From Tubiluchus corallicola (lineage: Eukaryota; Animalia; Priapulida): a stretch of 64,000 nt of DNA. The first letter of the stretch is position 1. Each line of letters opens with the position of its first letter. This document shows positions 40,151 to 50,605 of this stretch, in pieces. The position numbers were made by a program, and so were the translations under genes. The notes below the pieces were generated by a model, which did no database searches, was not told the DNA's origin, and saw only the letters and a list, made by a program, of their open reading frames with translations. Location of the stretch: NCBI GenBank assembly GCA_030141605.1, contig JAQGDQ010000091.1, positions 124,001 to 188,000 of the forward strand, given 5' to 3'.

Positions 40151-42789
40151 CACTTCAGCACAAAGTATACACAATAAAGTAGGGAAAGTCCTTCTGCGCA
40201 GTAGTTCGCGCAGTTAGTGTCGCCCTAGCGGCTATTCAGTACGGCCTGTTGTTGTCAGGTACGCAACAGCGCAGGCTGTGGGTACTGTAGCAGATGAATT
40301 GATGAGACCATCAAAACCAGCCCGGTTAAAAGGCGCTCATAAATTGCTCAGCAGTGAGTTGCAAAAACACAAAAAAATATCTTTTTAAATTTCGCAAGGA
40401 TGCAGCCAGGTAATTATAATAAAATGTTAATTATAACACAGTTTTGAAACTTTTGTTACTAGTTAAATATTTTGTACGCTAAGCAAAGACTGCAAGGCCT
40501 ACATCTCTCCTTGGCGATTTATAGCAGCTGTTATCTTTTTGAATATTATTTAAAGCAAGCATAAGACATTAAGAATAATTTGTAGTTAAAATAAAAATTA
40601 TTATAATCATATCTCAGAAAAATTAATAGGCTTATTTACAAAAGAAGTTAAGAAAGTTGATCAAAAGAAAGAACACCTGGCTCATGTAGTATTCGATTTC
40701 TGGAGAAATATTTTTTCTAAAAAACATTTCTATTTCATATGTTCTTATCAGGAAATATAACTTGAAGAAATATTAGGCATGACTTTCATGTGTAATACCT
40801 TTCATAGAAAAAAATCGATTTTTTCAGAAGAGCAAATAATTTTCCAGAACATAACTTAATCTAAGCATCTGCATGTTTTGTTAATTCCAAGTTAAAAAAT
40901 GTTTAAAAAGCATATAATCATACATTGGCCTTTGTTATGAGTTGGAGTTAGTTATAAAATTACGTTGAACAAGCAGAGATGCATTTACGACATTGCTCCT
41001 CTTTTTTATTATCAGTGAACAAAAAATAACTGAAGGAAACATCAGAGCTGTCATCCTAAGCAGCCGACATAACTTCCACCTCTATAACAACCAACTAACT
41101 ATGTCAAAACCTAGTTAAAGAATTCAGGCGAGAAGCATAAATTAGAATCTGCACGCGTGTCATAATACCTTATAATATCATGTGCAGACATTACTTATAT
41201 TTGGCCTAATTTTTTAAGATTCAGTTAGGCTTACATCAAAATAAATGTTCATTAAATACAGTTTGCTTATGTGTAAAAAATGCACTTGTATAATGTTCTT
41301 TTGTTTTGTTTATTAATTAGACTCTTTAGTATTATTTTAATGCATGTAATTTGCAGCTTGATTCAGTTCCCTATTTGAATCATTTACTTTATTTCAAAAT
41401 TATTTCAATATTTATATCAAAATCGTAATTACATATTATGTTTTTCTTACGTTTCCTTGCTATTATTACATCATTTACTTTATTACATCAATTTCATTGA
41501 GTCATCTACAAAAGCACGCATATCTTTAATAATTTTTTCATTTGCATTTAAGTAAGGTGAGTGTGTTAATGACCGTATGGTCGTACACTCACCTCACACT
41601 ACTCAAATCATTTTATTTATTGTTTATTTATGTGTACAATATTGTATTTTGATGTGTGAAATAAAATTCATAGTTCTGTCTTCCTTTTAACTCTCTCTCT
41701 CTCCCTCTCTTTCTCTCTAAGAGAGGGAGGGAGAGAAAAATCAATAAATCAATGAAAAATGCAGAGGCAGCCCATCACGCAGTCAGCTAGCCTCTTTCCT
41801 CAGGAAAAACAATGAAATTTTACTTACAAGAAAACTGAACAGGCATTTGCAAGTACATAATGCTTATTGCTACAATTTTTTTCTTTTCATGAAATGTTTT
41901 CAGTTTTTTAAACTAATAATTGCTTTTAATTGAGATATACTTCTTTTATTAAAAACGCAAAAGTGATTTTGGCTTATCAAAATTGCACGTATGCCAACAC
42001 TACTGGTGAACTTAATAATATTATTATTACAGTCAATGCGGCGCTCCAAATTTTTTACTGAATCGCCGTTTGATGCCGCCAGCATAGCCGCTAATCGCAA
42101 AAATGAAATACGTAACAATATTTCGTCACTTCCTCTTTATACACTTTGCTTCAGCATTGATCCTTAGAAATAAATCCACTTGGGGCATTGCAGCGTGTAG
42201 GGAGTCCTGGCATAGAGAGGTAAGCAGAATCATGTTCCTCGTATCCATTAATGATGATGATGTCTCTAGTGTCCTACTTGGGCCCATGTAGACGGCTAGA
42301 CGCGTCCTGCTTGGGCTACGCCAATAGTCCTACTTCGGTTAGTGGGTTACTCGGCGCCCAACACAGGAAGATATTGCTCATTGCCAAACCACTTGTCTTA
42401 GTGTCAATATGGGAAGTTAAGAAGTGTTAAGCCTATATTAGGCCTAAATCCTAAAATTCGTTAGATGTTGTTTTGGATCAGTCGATTAGGCTTAACCAAA
42501 AATATTTATTTCCATTTGGTATTGACCTGTCTTGTTAAATTTGTTGTCTATAATTTTTATTATAAGTTGGCGATTGTTTCTGCAAGGCGGGTTTTTTTGC
42601 TAGCTGCTAGATGCATTTAGTTAATTAATTCAATTTTTTAATTCAATTCATTTTCTTAGATGTCTCAAAAAATCTGGTGAGTGCAGTGCACGCTATGGCG
42701 TAGTGGCTATGCTAACTACAATCTGACATCAAGGGATTGCAGAAAATTCAACAATTAAGAAAAAAGTAAAAGTGAAAGATCTCAGTAAA

Positions 42790-43790
42790 AAAAAGAGATT
42801 TAAAAATTTTAATTCAGTGTATTCAAGTTGCCGATGACTTAATAATAAATTAGAGTCATTGTTAATAATAAATTAGAGTCATTGCATGGAGTGATAAGGG
42901 AAAAAAGCCTAGTGTTATAGGAATTGTGGAAACCAATTAGGGGGAAGGAGAATTAGTGAAAATTGAGGGTTATAAAGTGTTCCAGCTGAATAGAAATAAA
43001 TATGGGGGCGGGCGGTTGTTATTATTGGTAATTAATAATGACTTAAAAAATGTAACAATAAAGGCAGGCCAGTATAATAAAGTAGGAGAACAATTATGGA
43101 TTGTAATGGATAATTCAAAAGTAAAATTATTGTAAAAGTAAAGTAGGATTATTGTATGCACCTCAGGAAAGTAGTACAGATAAAAAAGAAATGAAGAAAA
43201 TGTATGCACAAATATGAAAGCAAGTACAAAAAGCAAAAAATGAAAACCAGAAGTGCTTGCTTACAGGTGACTTTAATGCAAAAGTGGGAAATATTATCAA
43301 AGGTAATAATGATGAAACAACGTGGGCAGGAAAAATGTTACTAAATTTGATTAAAAAACAGAGTCTAGTAATAATAAATGCAACTGAAGAATGCTCAAGA
43401 ATTTGGACAAAAGAAGAAGCAGGGAAAAAATCTGTTATTGATTATATTATAATAAGTGCAAATGATGTAAATGCACGTAAGTTTACACTTGTTGACGAAC
43501 AAAAACTGTATGGAATGTACAGAGTGACTGGTAGTGGTGGGAAAAAAATTATATACACAGACAACAATACATTATATAGTGAATTTGATTGGTTTGAGAT
43601 TAACAAAATGAAAAGAGATAAAAGTGATGAGACAAAAAAGTTAGTAGTGTCTAATAAAAATACAATGAACAGATACAAAAATGAAACTGATGATCAAATA
43701 TTTAGCAAAGTCTGGAGCAGTAACAGATCCATTCAGAGCAAATACGATGGGTTAATTAATCAAGTTGCGGCAGTAGGAGACGGGTGCCTT
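42790..43790 (+). mobile_element. Degenerate LINE ORF2 N-terminal APE-type endonuclease fragment
   Basis: IGIVET, IEGYKVFQLNRNKYGGG, LYAPQE, LTGDFNAKVG and KSVIDYII, with frameshifts. No RT follows. Confidence 0.75.
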
Positions 43791-44200
43791 TCTCTTACAG
43801 ATGACAGTAATAGAGGACAGCAACTGTTTCATTTTAGTAGCCTGATTTGTGAAGTGTGCCTGGCATGTGCAGGTGTCATTGCTACTGGCACACGTGCCAG
43901 TTAATTTGTGCATTAATCACTATGTTACAGTTTCGTCATACAGGTCAGTCACAACAGTATTTTCTGGATCGGATATGGATATTCTCATCATACAGGCAGT
44001 GAAGTGTTTAATGTATGAATTTCAAGTAAAACAATGAAATTCATGAGCAATTTTAAATTAATTTTAAAGTAAAACAGCAGACACACCTTTTTGCAACAGG
44101 TGGTTGTTGAAATACACTTTGTCATTGCATGTCCTTGTCTAGTAAAGTAGTATGTATAATAACATTAATGTCACAATGGAAACTTTATGCGATACAATAG

Positions 44201-45609
44201 TGTAACGATCTGACGTCTGGGGGTAGTTTGTTTGATCGAAGGTAGTCGCTGGGGTAACAATTTGACTGGCCTGACCGAGCTAAAGAAAGGGGCGACCAAT
44301 CATCTACCCGTTAGCTCCAGACAGTGGCGAGCTTATAGGCAGTCTACGGGGGGCCTGTCTATTGAGCAGAGTGGTTCGGGTGTGGGATGTGCAGTTTACT
44401 TTGCTTGGAGTAATCTGTTGTACTCACTGTGATAATGCAAACGACGATGTATAGGCAACTAATGCACAAACAATCAATTGTATAAATATTCTAGAAATAA
44501 TTATTTGAGCAAACAAACAAAAAAAATGTATGAAAAAACACAGTCATTAGTCAAACACTAATTTAACTAAGTTTGAATGTGCTAAATATTACGGTATCTA
44601 CTTACGGTAGACCTACACTGTCAAGTCAATAAACAAACAAATAAATTGGCAAATAATGCTCAACAACTAAACCTAACTAAAAGGGTACCTATTTGCCTAA
44701 CTACATGCCACCCCAAATGGTGTAGTCCTCGCTAGCGCTATGATGATCGTCCAGTATTATCACACTTAGAAAATACACCATGGAGGTTGCGTAGTACTAC
44801 TAAGTTTAACGTAGGGCGCCTCTATGATGAGGTTGCAGCTCAGCGTCTATTAGTATCACTACCAATTTCTTGAATACCCAGGATGTTAAGTCCAGCTTCC
44901 ACGCAACTGCTAACATCAGATAAGCAAAAACTAAATTGTGCAACTTACAGTCTCTGGGTTGTTACCGTACTGGGGGTGCCTCGTCACCTCAAACATGGAT
45001 CCGCCTCTAACGGTTTGTCGGTACACCAATAGCACTTCCCAACAATACGAACACAGCAATGAGACAAAGTCTTAATTGTCACCGAACTTTGTGGAAATCG
45101 CTACCACCAAAAACATCTGTCCACTCAGTTGTCCAATGGTTTCAGACCTCATGAACAAAGTCACCATACGTTATAACTGACTACGTGGACAATACTACTT
45201 GCACGTCATATCAGTCTACGTGCCGTACCTGGAGTCAAGTTGCTGACCTCTTTTTGATACCTGCGAGAGTAGTCGCATAGGTATACGCTGGCTTCCTACA
45301 GCTATCATTATAAGCGATTAAACTGGCCCTCCCGCAGTACTTACTAACCTTGGCTAATGGCTATAGGCTATAGAAACGATCTTTTTAATGCTAATGTTAT
45401 TTTACTTCCACATTTGAATAAAAAAGTAGAATACGTAATGATATGCACAGCATAGAAGAGTCAAAAATGAGTAGAGTTTGTGTTTTCTTTCCAAACTCTG
45501 CAATTGGGATGACCAACCAACTGACAGACCAACTGAACAAACACCACACTCACATGACGCGAGCCACTGCACAAGTCCATTTATGTGGGAAGATGAAATG
45601 GACGTTACA
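44201..45609 (-). repeat. 3' LTR (1409 bp)
   Basis: Direct repeat of 50606-52014 at a constant offset of 6405. Only two substitutions noticed (45393/51798 and 45561/51966). Confidence 0.97.
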
Positions 45610-45611
45610 TC

Positions 45612-45626
45612 AGCATCCCCCTTATT
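45612..45626 (-). promoter_or_regulatory. Polypurine tract of the LTR element
   Basis: The minus strand reads AATAAGGGGGATGCTGA immediately before the 3' LTR. Confidence 0.7.
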
Positions 45627-45791
45627 GAGCGCTAAAATACCGGAGCGCTGCTTGCGAGCAAAGGGTTTTAGTGCTTAAAAAAGGTCATTTGTCATAAGGC
45701 ATCATACTTGACACCGTCATTCAAAACAATATCAAATCAAAATTTTCCTGATTTTCTTAATGTGATTATTATTGTACTCGCATAGTACTAT

Positions 45792-48700
45792 TTACAGTGC
45801 CTTTTGTGTTAAGGCAAACAGGGGTGCAGCAGTTTGGCTAAAGTGAGGAATAAATCTGCGGTAGAAACCTACCATTCCCAGGAAAGAACGCACCTGTGTT
45901 TTGGTGACCAGACGAGAAAATTGCTGTATGGCTTGGATCTTTTGTGGTTGTGGGCGTAGACGGTTACGACCTACCACATATGTTAGAAAATCGGCTTCCT
46001 TGCGAGCAAAGAAGCATTTCTTTGGCTTTACCGTGAGACCGACAGCCCTAAGACAATAGAGTACCATGTCAATATGTGTTAGGTGTGCATCCCAGCTTGG
46101 TGACTTTATGCGTATGTCATCGATAAATCCACGAGCACAATGTATGACTTCCTCAAGGATTATGTCTATTAACTGCTGTGAAGTTTGGGCGGCATTCTGT
46201 AGCCCAAATGGCATTACTTTAAATTCCCATTTGCCGAAGTCGGTGATAAAGGCAGATACTGGTCTAGACTCCTTGGCCAGAGGAATCTGCCAGTATGCCT
46301 TTGTCATATCTAGACTGGTAAGCCATTCTGATCCGTGAAGTTCATCAAGGATCTCGTCCATCCTTGGGATAGGATATTGCATAAAATGAGTTTGTTTGTT
46401 GACGGCTCGGAAGTCAATGCAGAATCTAATTGAGCTGTCTTTCTTGATCAAAATGACAGCAGGAGACGACCAAGGAGAGTCTGATTTTTGGATAACATCC
46501 AATCTTTCCATTTCTAGGAGCTCCTTCCTCACTGCTTCTTTCCTAGATTGGGGTATCCGATATGTACGTTGGCGTACAGGTGTGGTATCCGACAGCAGGA
46601 TACGATGCTCGATTATGTCTGTTTTCCCGGGTATATCTGTGAACATGTCTGCAAACTTGTTCAGCAGAGTACATAACTGCTGCTTTTGAACATTGGTAAG
46701 ATGATCAGGGATGTGTATGTCACTTACAAACTGCTGTTGCTCTGCACCAGGAGGAAATGCGTAGTCCGGTAACTCTGCTAATTTTATGGGCGAGGGTTGT
46801 AGGCTACCCTGCCAGTCATCATCAACTGTACTCAGATCATCCACTCCTGGAAAGGGTATTTCACTCTCTGAGCACTTGGCATACAAAGCGAAGCTTTCAG
46901 ATCTGCGCACAAAAGGCTTTAGTAAATTGACATGAAACGTCTTCGTATAAGGTTTTGCACCTTTCTTAGCAATTGAAACCTTATATGTGTGATCAGACAG
47001 TTTATCAATGACCTCAAATGGGCCTTGCCACAATTTTGAGAGCTTCTTCTTCGACTCAGGCAATAAAACAAGTACCTCCTGGCCCACTTCCAGTGACCTA
47101 GTGGACGACATCCTGTCGTACCACTTTTTCTGAGCAATTTTCGCTTGCCGTAGGGATTCATGAGCTTCTTCGGTACTGTTCTCCAGTTCACTGATAATTC
47201 GATCAACATAATCATCAACTTGTTCGAAAACAGGTGGCTCTAAGCAACCCCACCTTCTGCGCAAAGCAGCCATGGGTCCTCTAACGGGGAAACCATACAC
47301 CAATTCAAATGGAGAATACTTTAGAGACTCCTGAGGGACTTCTCTATAAGCAAAGAGAACGAACTGAAGTAACTCATCCCAGGGTAAAGACCTTTGGGTT
47401 TGTGCAAGCTTCCTCAAAGAACTCTTTAGGGAACTGTTAAACTTTTCTGTAACTCCCTGTGTCATCGGGTGATAGGGTGTCGCAAAGATACCTTTGATTC
47501 CCAGGGCTTCCTCTAAGTTGGCAATCAAAGTTGAAGTAAATTGTGTACCCCTATCGGAGAGGATTTCTCTCGGAATTCCGTGACGGCAAATGAATTGTAG
47601 TAAAGCACGAGCTACTGCTGAGGCAGTTTCTGATTCTAAAGCATAGGCATCTGGGTACCTCGTGGCCTGGTCCACAATGACAAGTGCATATTTACTTCCA
47701 GATCTGGTACGGGGCAAAGGACCAATTAAATCGATGCAGATTTGTGCAAAGGGTTCCTTTGTAATAGGCAATGGCTTAAGTGGGGCTCGATCTGCTTTGT
47801 GAAGTCTAGATGCTTTTTGGCAAGCAGGACAAGAACGAACATAGTTTTTAATGCATGTCAAAATCTTGGGCCAATAGTAATGTGCCAAGACCCTGTCAAT
47901 GGTCTTCCGCATACCCTGATGGGCAGAAGGCAACTTATCATGGGCCAACACCAACACTTGTTGCCTTCGAGGCTTTGGTACCACCAGCAAATCAGTCGGC
48001 ATACCACGTGAACTTCGACGCATTGTGTGCAACACGTTGTCACGCAAAAAGTATCCATTTCCTTGCTCCTGGCACTCTGCTTCAGGTTTCACCTGGTCAA
48101 ACAGATTTCTCAGGGTAATATCATCCCTTTGTTCTCTTGCCAAATCTGCACGGTTCATTAAGTTGATTAACATTTGTTGTTTTTGTGCTTGGGCAAATCT
48201 TTTTCGAGGTAATGGAATGTCAGAAGCTTTCAACTGCTGAGCTTCTTGTTCTTCCTTTTCTCGTGTTGCTTCAGCTTTCGCAGCTGAGCGAGTCATCACG
48301 GGCAAGCTGACAGTTTTTAACTGTCCATCCTGCTTCTGTTGCTTGCAAAGTTGTGTCTCACCATTTGGTGTAGAAGGAAAGGCCTCGTTCTTTTGCTTGG
48401 ACTTCTCTGGCAGAAATGGACTGATTTCTGTGATGAAGTCGTTTCCTAACAAAAGAGGGACTGGGCTGCCCACAGACACTGCAACAGTCAAATACCCAGT
48501 GGCATATGGTGACTCCAGTTCTACAACTGCTACCGGGCAAGATTTATCACAACTGTGAATACATAGTAAGTCATGGCTAACTCCATCGACATACTGTTCG
48601 GAGCGTACAAATCTAGGATTAACAACACTGTGTGTCGCACCAGTGTCTCTGAGTCCGACAATTTCCTGACCATTCAACTTGGCAGAAAAATAAGGCTCAC

Positions 48701-50249
48701 CAGATACGTACTTCTCAGGACAGCTTGCAGCTGTAGTAGCATCAGGAGATGAGTGCACAGCTATCAGCTGCTTAGATGACTTGCCTAGCTCTTGAGGCAG
48801 AATTTGCTTATTCCTATCAGATGTGACCATTGTTTTACGAGGGCACATTGCAGCATAATGACCCTGTTGTCCACAACGATAGCAACGCATACGTAATGTT
48901 GGGGGACCTGACTTCAGTTGTTCACGTGAATTTACACTAGGCTTTGGTTCCTTAAGCCGCTGTCCAGGGAGTCTACCAAAACTCACTCGTGGTCCCTGAG
49001 CAGAAAGGTAGGCGTCAGCTTTCTCTGCTACTTCGTCTACATCATAGATAGCATTCTTTTTCAGCCATAACGTCACCTCATTTGGCAAAACCGTCATAAG
49101 GTGCTCATATACGACTAAGTCCAATGCCTCTTGTTTAGTTTTTACTGACATAGCTGTAGCCCAATTATTTACTGCTTGACGCAGACGAACTATGGTCTGT
49201 TTACACGTTTCATCACGCCGTTTAATCATTTCACGAAAGACTAGTCTGTAACTCTCTGGAGTTATCATGTAGGCATCCAAAATGGCCGCTTTTACTTTAG
49301 GATAAGACCTTATATCTTCGTCGCTGATAAGTTGAAAAGCATAGCTGGCTTTCCCTGAAAGGTGAGGTGCTAGGTACCCAGACATGCGCTCTTCTGGAAT
49401 ACCATTCACTTTGCAGGATTTCTCATAATACATCAACCACTCAAGAATGGACTCTCCTTCTCCTTCTTTAAAAGGACGCACTTTCCAGATCTTGGACGAC
49501 GGGAAACCTAGAGAAGACTGCTCACCAACTGAAGACACATTAGCACCTGGATTAGAGTGTTCCATTCTCTGTAATTCCAAGTCACGTCGCTTCTGTTCTT
49601 CTTGGGCTTTCCATTCTCTTTCTCTTTCCTTTTCTTGTCTATCCGCCTCACGCTCATGTCGACGATCTTGCAATTCAAGTTCTCTTATCTGCCATTCTCG
49701 CTCGCTTTCTCTCAGCCTGTCTTTGTATCTCATTTCTGCTTCAACCATCCGGTTTCTTTCCAACTCCCGGATTAACTGTATTTTCTCATTAGGTGGAAGG
49801 CCTGTTAAATCATACCCTCTCGATTGATTGGCTTCATCTGTAACAGGGGTTGCAAATGATTGATGCATTGATAACTCTGGTATACTGAAACTCGGGGATG
49901 GTTGGGCTAGAGTTGTTGAGTCTGATATAGCTCCACTCGCAGCTCCGCCCACATTTATTGTATCTAGTAAAACATTGCCAGCTGTTTCACCTACATTGTT
50001 ATTATTTAGCTGTACAGGTGAAAATGTGTGTGTGTGCTCGATATGCGATTCAGGAGCTTCAACTCCTGACTCTTTTTGTAATTCTTCTTGTTTTTGCAGT
50101 ATTGCATTAGTTAACAAATCACGCCTTTTAGGCAAACCCTTCATGCCTAACTGCACTGTAGCGAATGCACGTAAGTCTGCGAACTGCATTTCATCAAGCT
50201 GTGCGGGGTTTTTCGTTGATATATCATCCATGCTAACCCTGAACTGCAT
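45792..50249 (-). CDS. Gag-Pol polyprotein (~1485 aa): coiled coil, SCAN-like capsid, CCHC knuckle, aspartic protease, integrase (HHCC, DDE, GPF), reverse transcriptase; no RNase H
   Basis: TPESYRLVFR..W..DLVVYEHLMTVLP..W (SCAN-like); CYRCGQQGHYAAMC; LRDTGATHSVV; AHDKLPSAHQG..CPAC; IDLIGP / SDRGTQF / GVTEKFN; WQGPF; SPWSSP, RFCIDFR, LDMTKAYWQI, MPFGLQNA, FIDD. Ends APLFALTQKAL*. Confidence 0.95.
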   Translation of the reverse strand: MQFRVSMDDISTKNPAQLDEMQFADLRAFATVQLGMKGLPKRRDLLTNAILQKQEELQKESGVEAPESHIEHTHTFSPVQLNNNNVGETAGNVLLDTINVGGAASGAISDSTTLAQPSPSFSIPELSMHQSFATPVTDEANQSRGYDLTGLPPNEKIQLIRELERNRMVEAEMRYKDRLRESEREWQIRELELQDRRHEREADRQEKEREREWKAQEEQKRRDLELQRMEHSNPGANVSSVGEQSSLGFPSSKIWKVRPFKEGEGESILEWLMYYEKSCKVNGIPEERMSGYLAPHLSGKASYAFQLISDEDIRSYPKVKAAILDAYMITPESYRLVFREMIKRRDETCKQTIVRLRQAVNNWATAMSVKTKQEALDLVVYEHLMTVLPNEVTLWLKKNAIYDVDEVAEKADAYLSAQGPRVSFGRLPGQRLKEPKPSVNSREQLKSGPPTLRMRCYRCGQQGHYAAMCPRKTMVTSDRNKQILPQELGKSSKQLIAVHSSPDATTAASCPEKYVSGEPYFSAKLNGQEIVGLRDTGATHSVVNPRFVRSEQYVDGVSHDLLCIHSCDKSCPVAVVELESPYATGYLTVAVSVGSPVPLLLGNDFITEISPFLPEKSKQKNEAFPSTPNGETQLCKQQKQDGQLKTVSLPVMTRSAAKAEATREKEEQEAQQLKASDIPLPRKRFAQAQKQQMLINLMNRADLAREQRDDITLRNLFDQVKPEAECQEQGNGYFLRDNVLHTMRRSSRGMPTDLLVVPKPRRQQVLVLAHDKLPSAHQGMRKTIDRVLAHYYWPKILTCIKNYVRSCPACQKASRLHKADRAPLKPLPITKEPFAQICIDLIGPLPRTRSGSKYALVIVDQATRYPDAYALESETASAVARALLQFICRHGIPREILSDRGTQFTSTLIANLEEALGIKGIFATPYHPMTQGVTEKFNSSLKSSLRKLAQTQRSLPWDELLQFVLFAYREVPQESLKYSPFELVYGFPVRGPMAALRRRWGCLEPPVFEQVDDYVDRIISELENSTEEAHESLRQAKIAQKKWYDRMSSTRSLEVGQEVLVLLPESKKKLSKLWQGPFEVIDKLSDHTYKVSIAKKGAKPYTKTFHVNLLKPFVRRSESFALYAKCSESEIPFPGVDDLSTVDDDWQGSLQPSPIKLAELPDYAFPPGAEQQQFVSDIHIPDHLTNVQKQQLCTLLNKFADMFTDIPGKTDIIEHRILLSDTTPVRQRTYRIPQSRKEAVRKELLEMERLDVIQKSDSPWSSPAVILIKKDSSIRFCIDFRAVNKQTHFMQYPIPRMDEILDELHGSEWLTSLDMTKAYWQIPLAKESRPVSAFITDFGKWEFKVMPFGLQNAAQTSQQLIDIILEEVIHCARGFIDDIRIKSPSWDAHLTHIDMVLYCLRAVGLTVKPKKCFFARKEADFLTYVVGRNRLRPQPQKIQAIQQFSRLVTKTQVRSFLGMVGFYRRFIPHFSQTAAPLFALTQKAL

Positions 50250-50586
50250 AATACTACAAATCAAAATCACACACTGTCACAACCAAAACTCACTACCCTT
50301 TCACTACACGTAAACTATCACCATATCTGAACAAACCTGTCAACTCACTTCACCACCAAAACTCCAGACTCGGTAACAAAGTGGTAACACCACGAAATAG
50401 CTGATATCACACAGGGCTAAAACTATCGCTGCACACAATCAACTATTCACACAAATTTATCCCAATGACAATGTTGTAATAATTACTGCAAGACCGAGGA
50501 AGATTACTGTACCAATCTCAAGTACTGTCTCAAATATTTCCAATGTTAATAAAATGAATACTAACTGAACAAAATTAAACTAACAC

Positions 50587-50604
50587 ATCCCACCGCTGCC
50601 ACCA
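50587..50604 (-). promoter_or_regulatory. Primer-binding site complementary to the 3' end of tRNA-Leu
   Basis: Minus strand TGGTGGCAGCGGTGGGAT lies 1 nt from the 5' LTR. It is the complement of ATCCCACCGCTGCCA-CCA, the 3' end of animal tRNA-Leu(AAG/TAG) as I recall it. Confidence 0.85.
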
Positions 50605-50605
50605 T

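Noticed and set aside
43257-43904. Second host AP endonuclease gene near APEX1
   Set aside because: Frameshifted LINE-type endonuclease fragment, not a cellular gene.
44232-44432. Duplicated 66-aa ORF (also 50637-50837) and ORFs at 45443/51848
   Set aside because: They are duplicated only because they lie in the LTRs; antisense to the element, with no recognisable motifs.
46066-50313. Several + strand ORFs overlapping gag-pol
   Set aside because: Antisense shadows of a long coding frame.
50587-50604. tRNA-Leu gene
   Set aside because: Only the 18-nt 3' end including CCA is present; it is the retrotransposon PBS.
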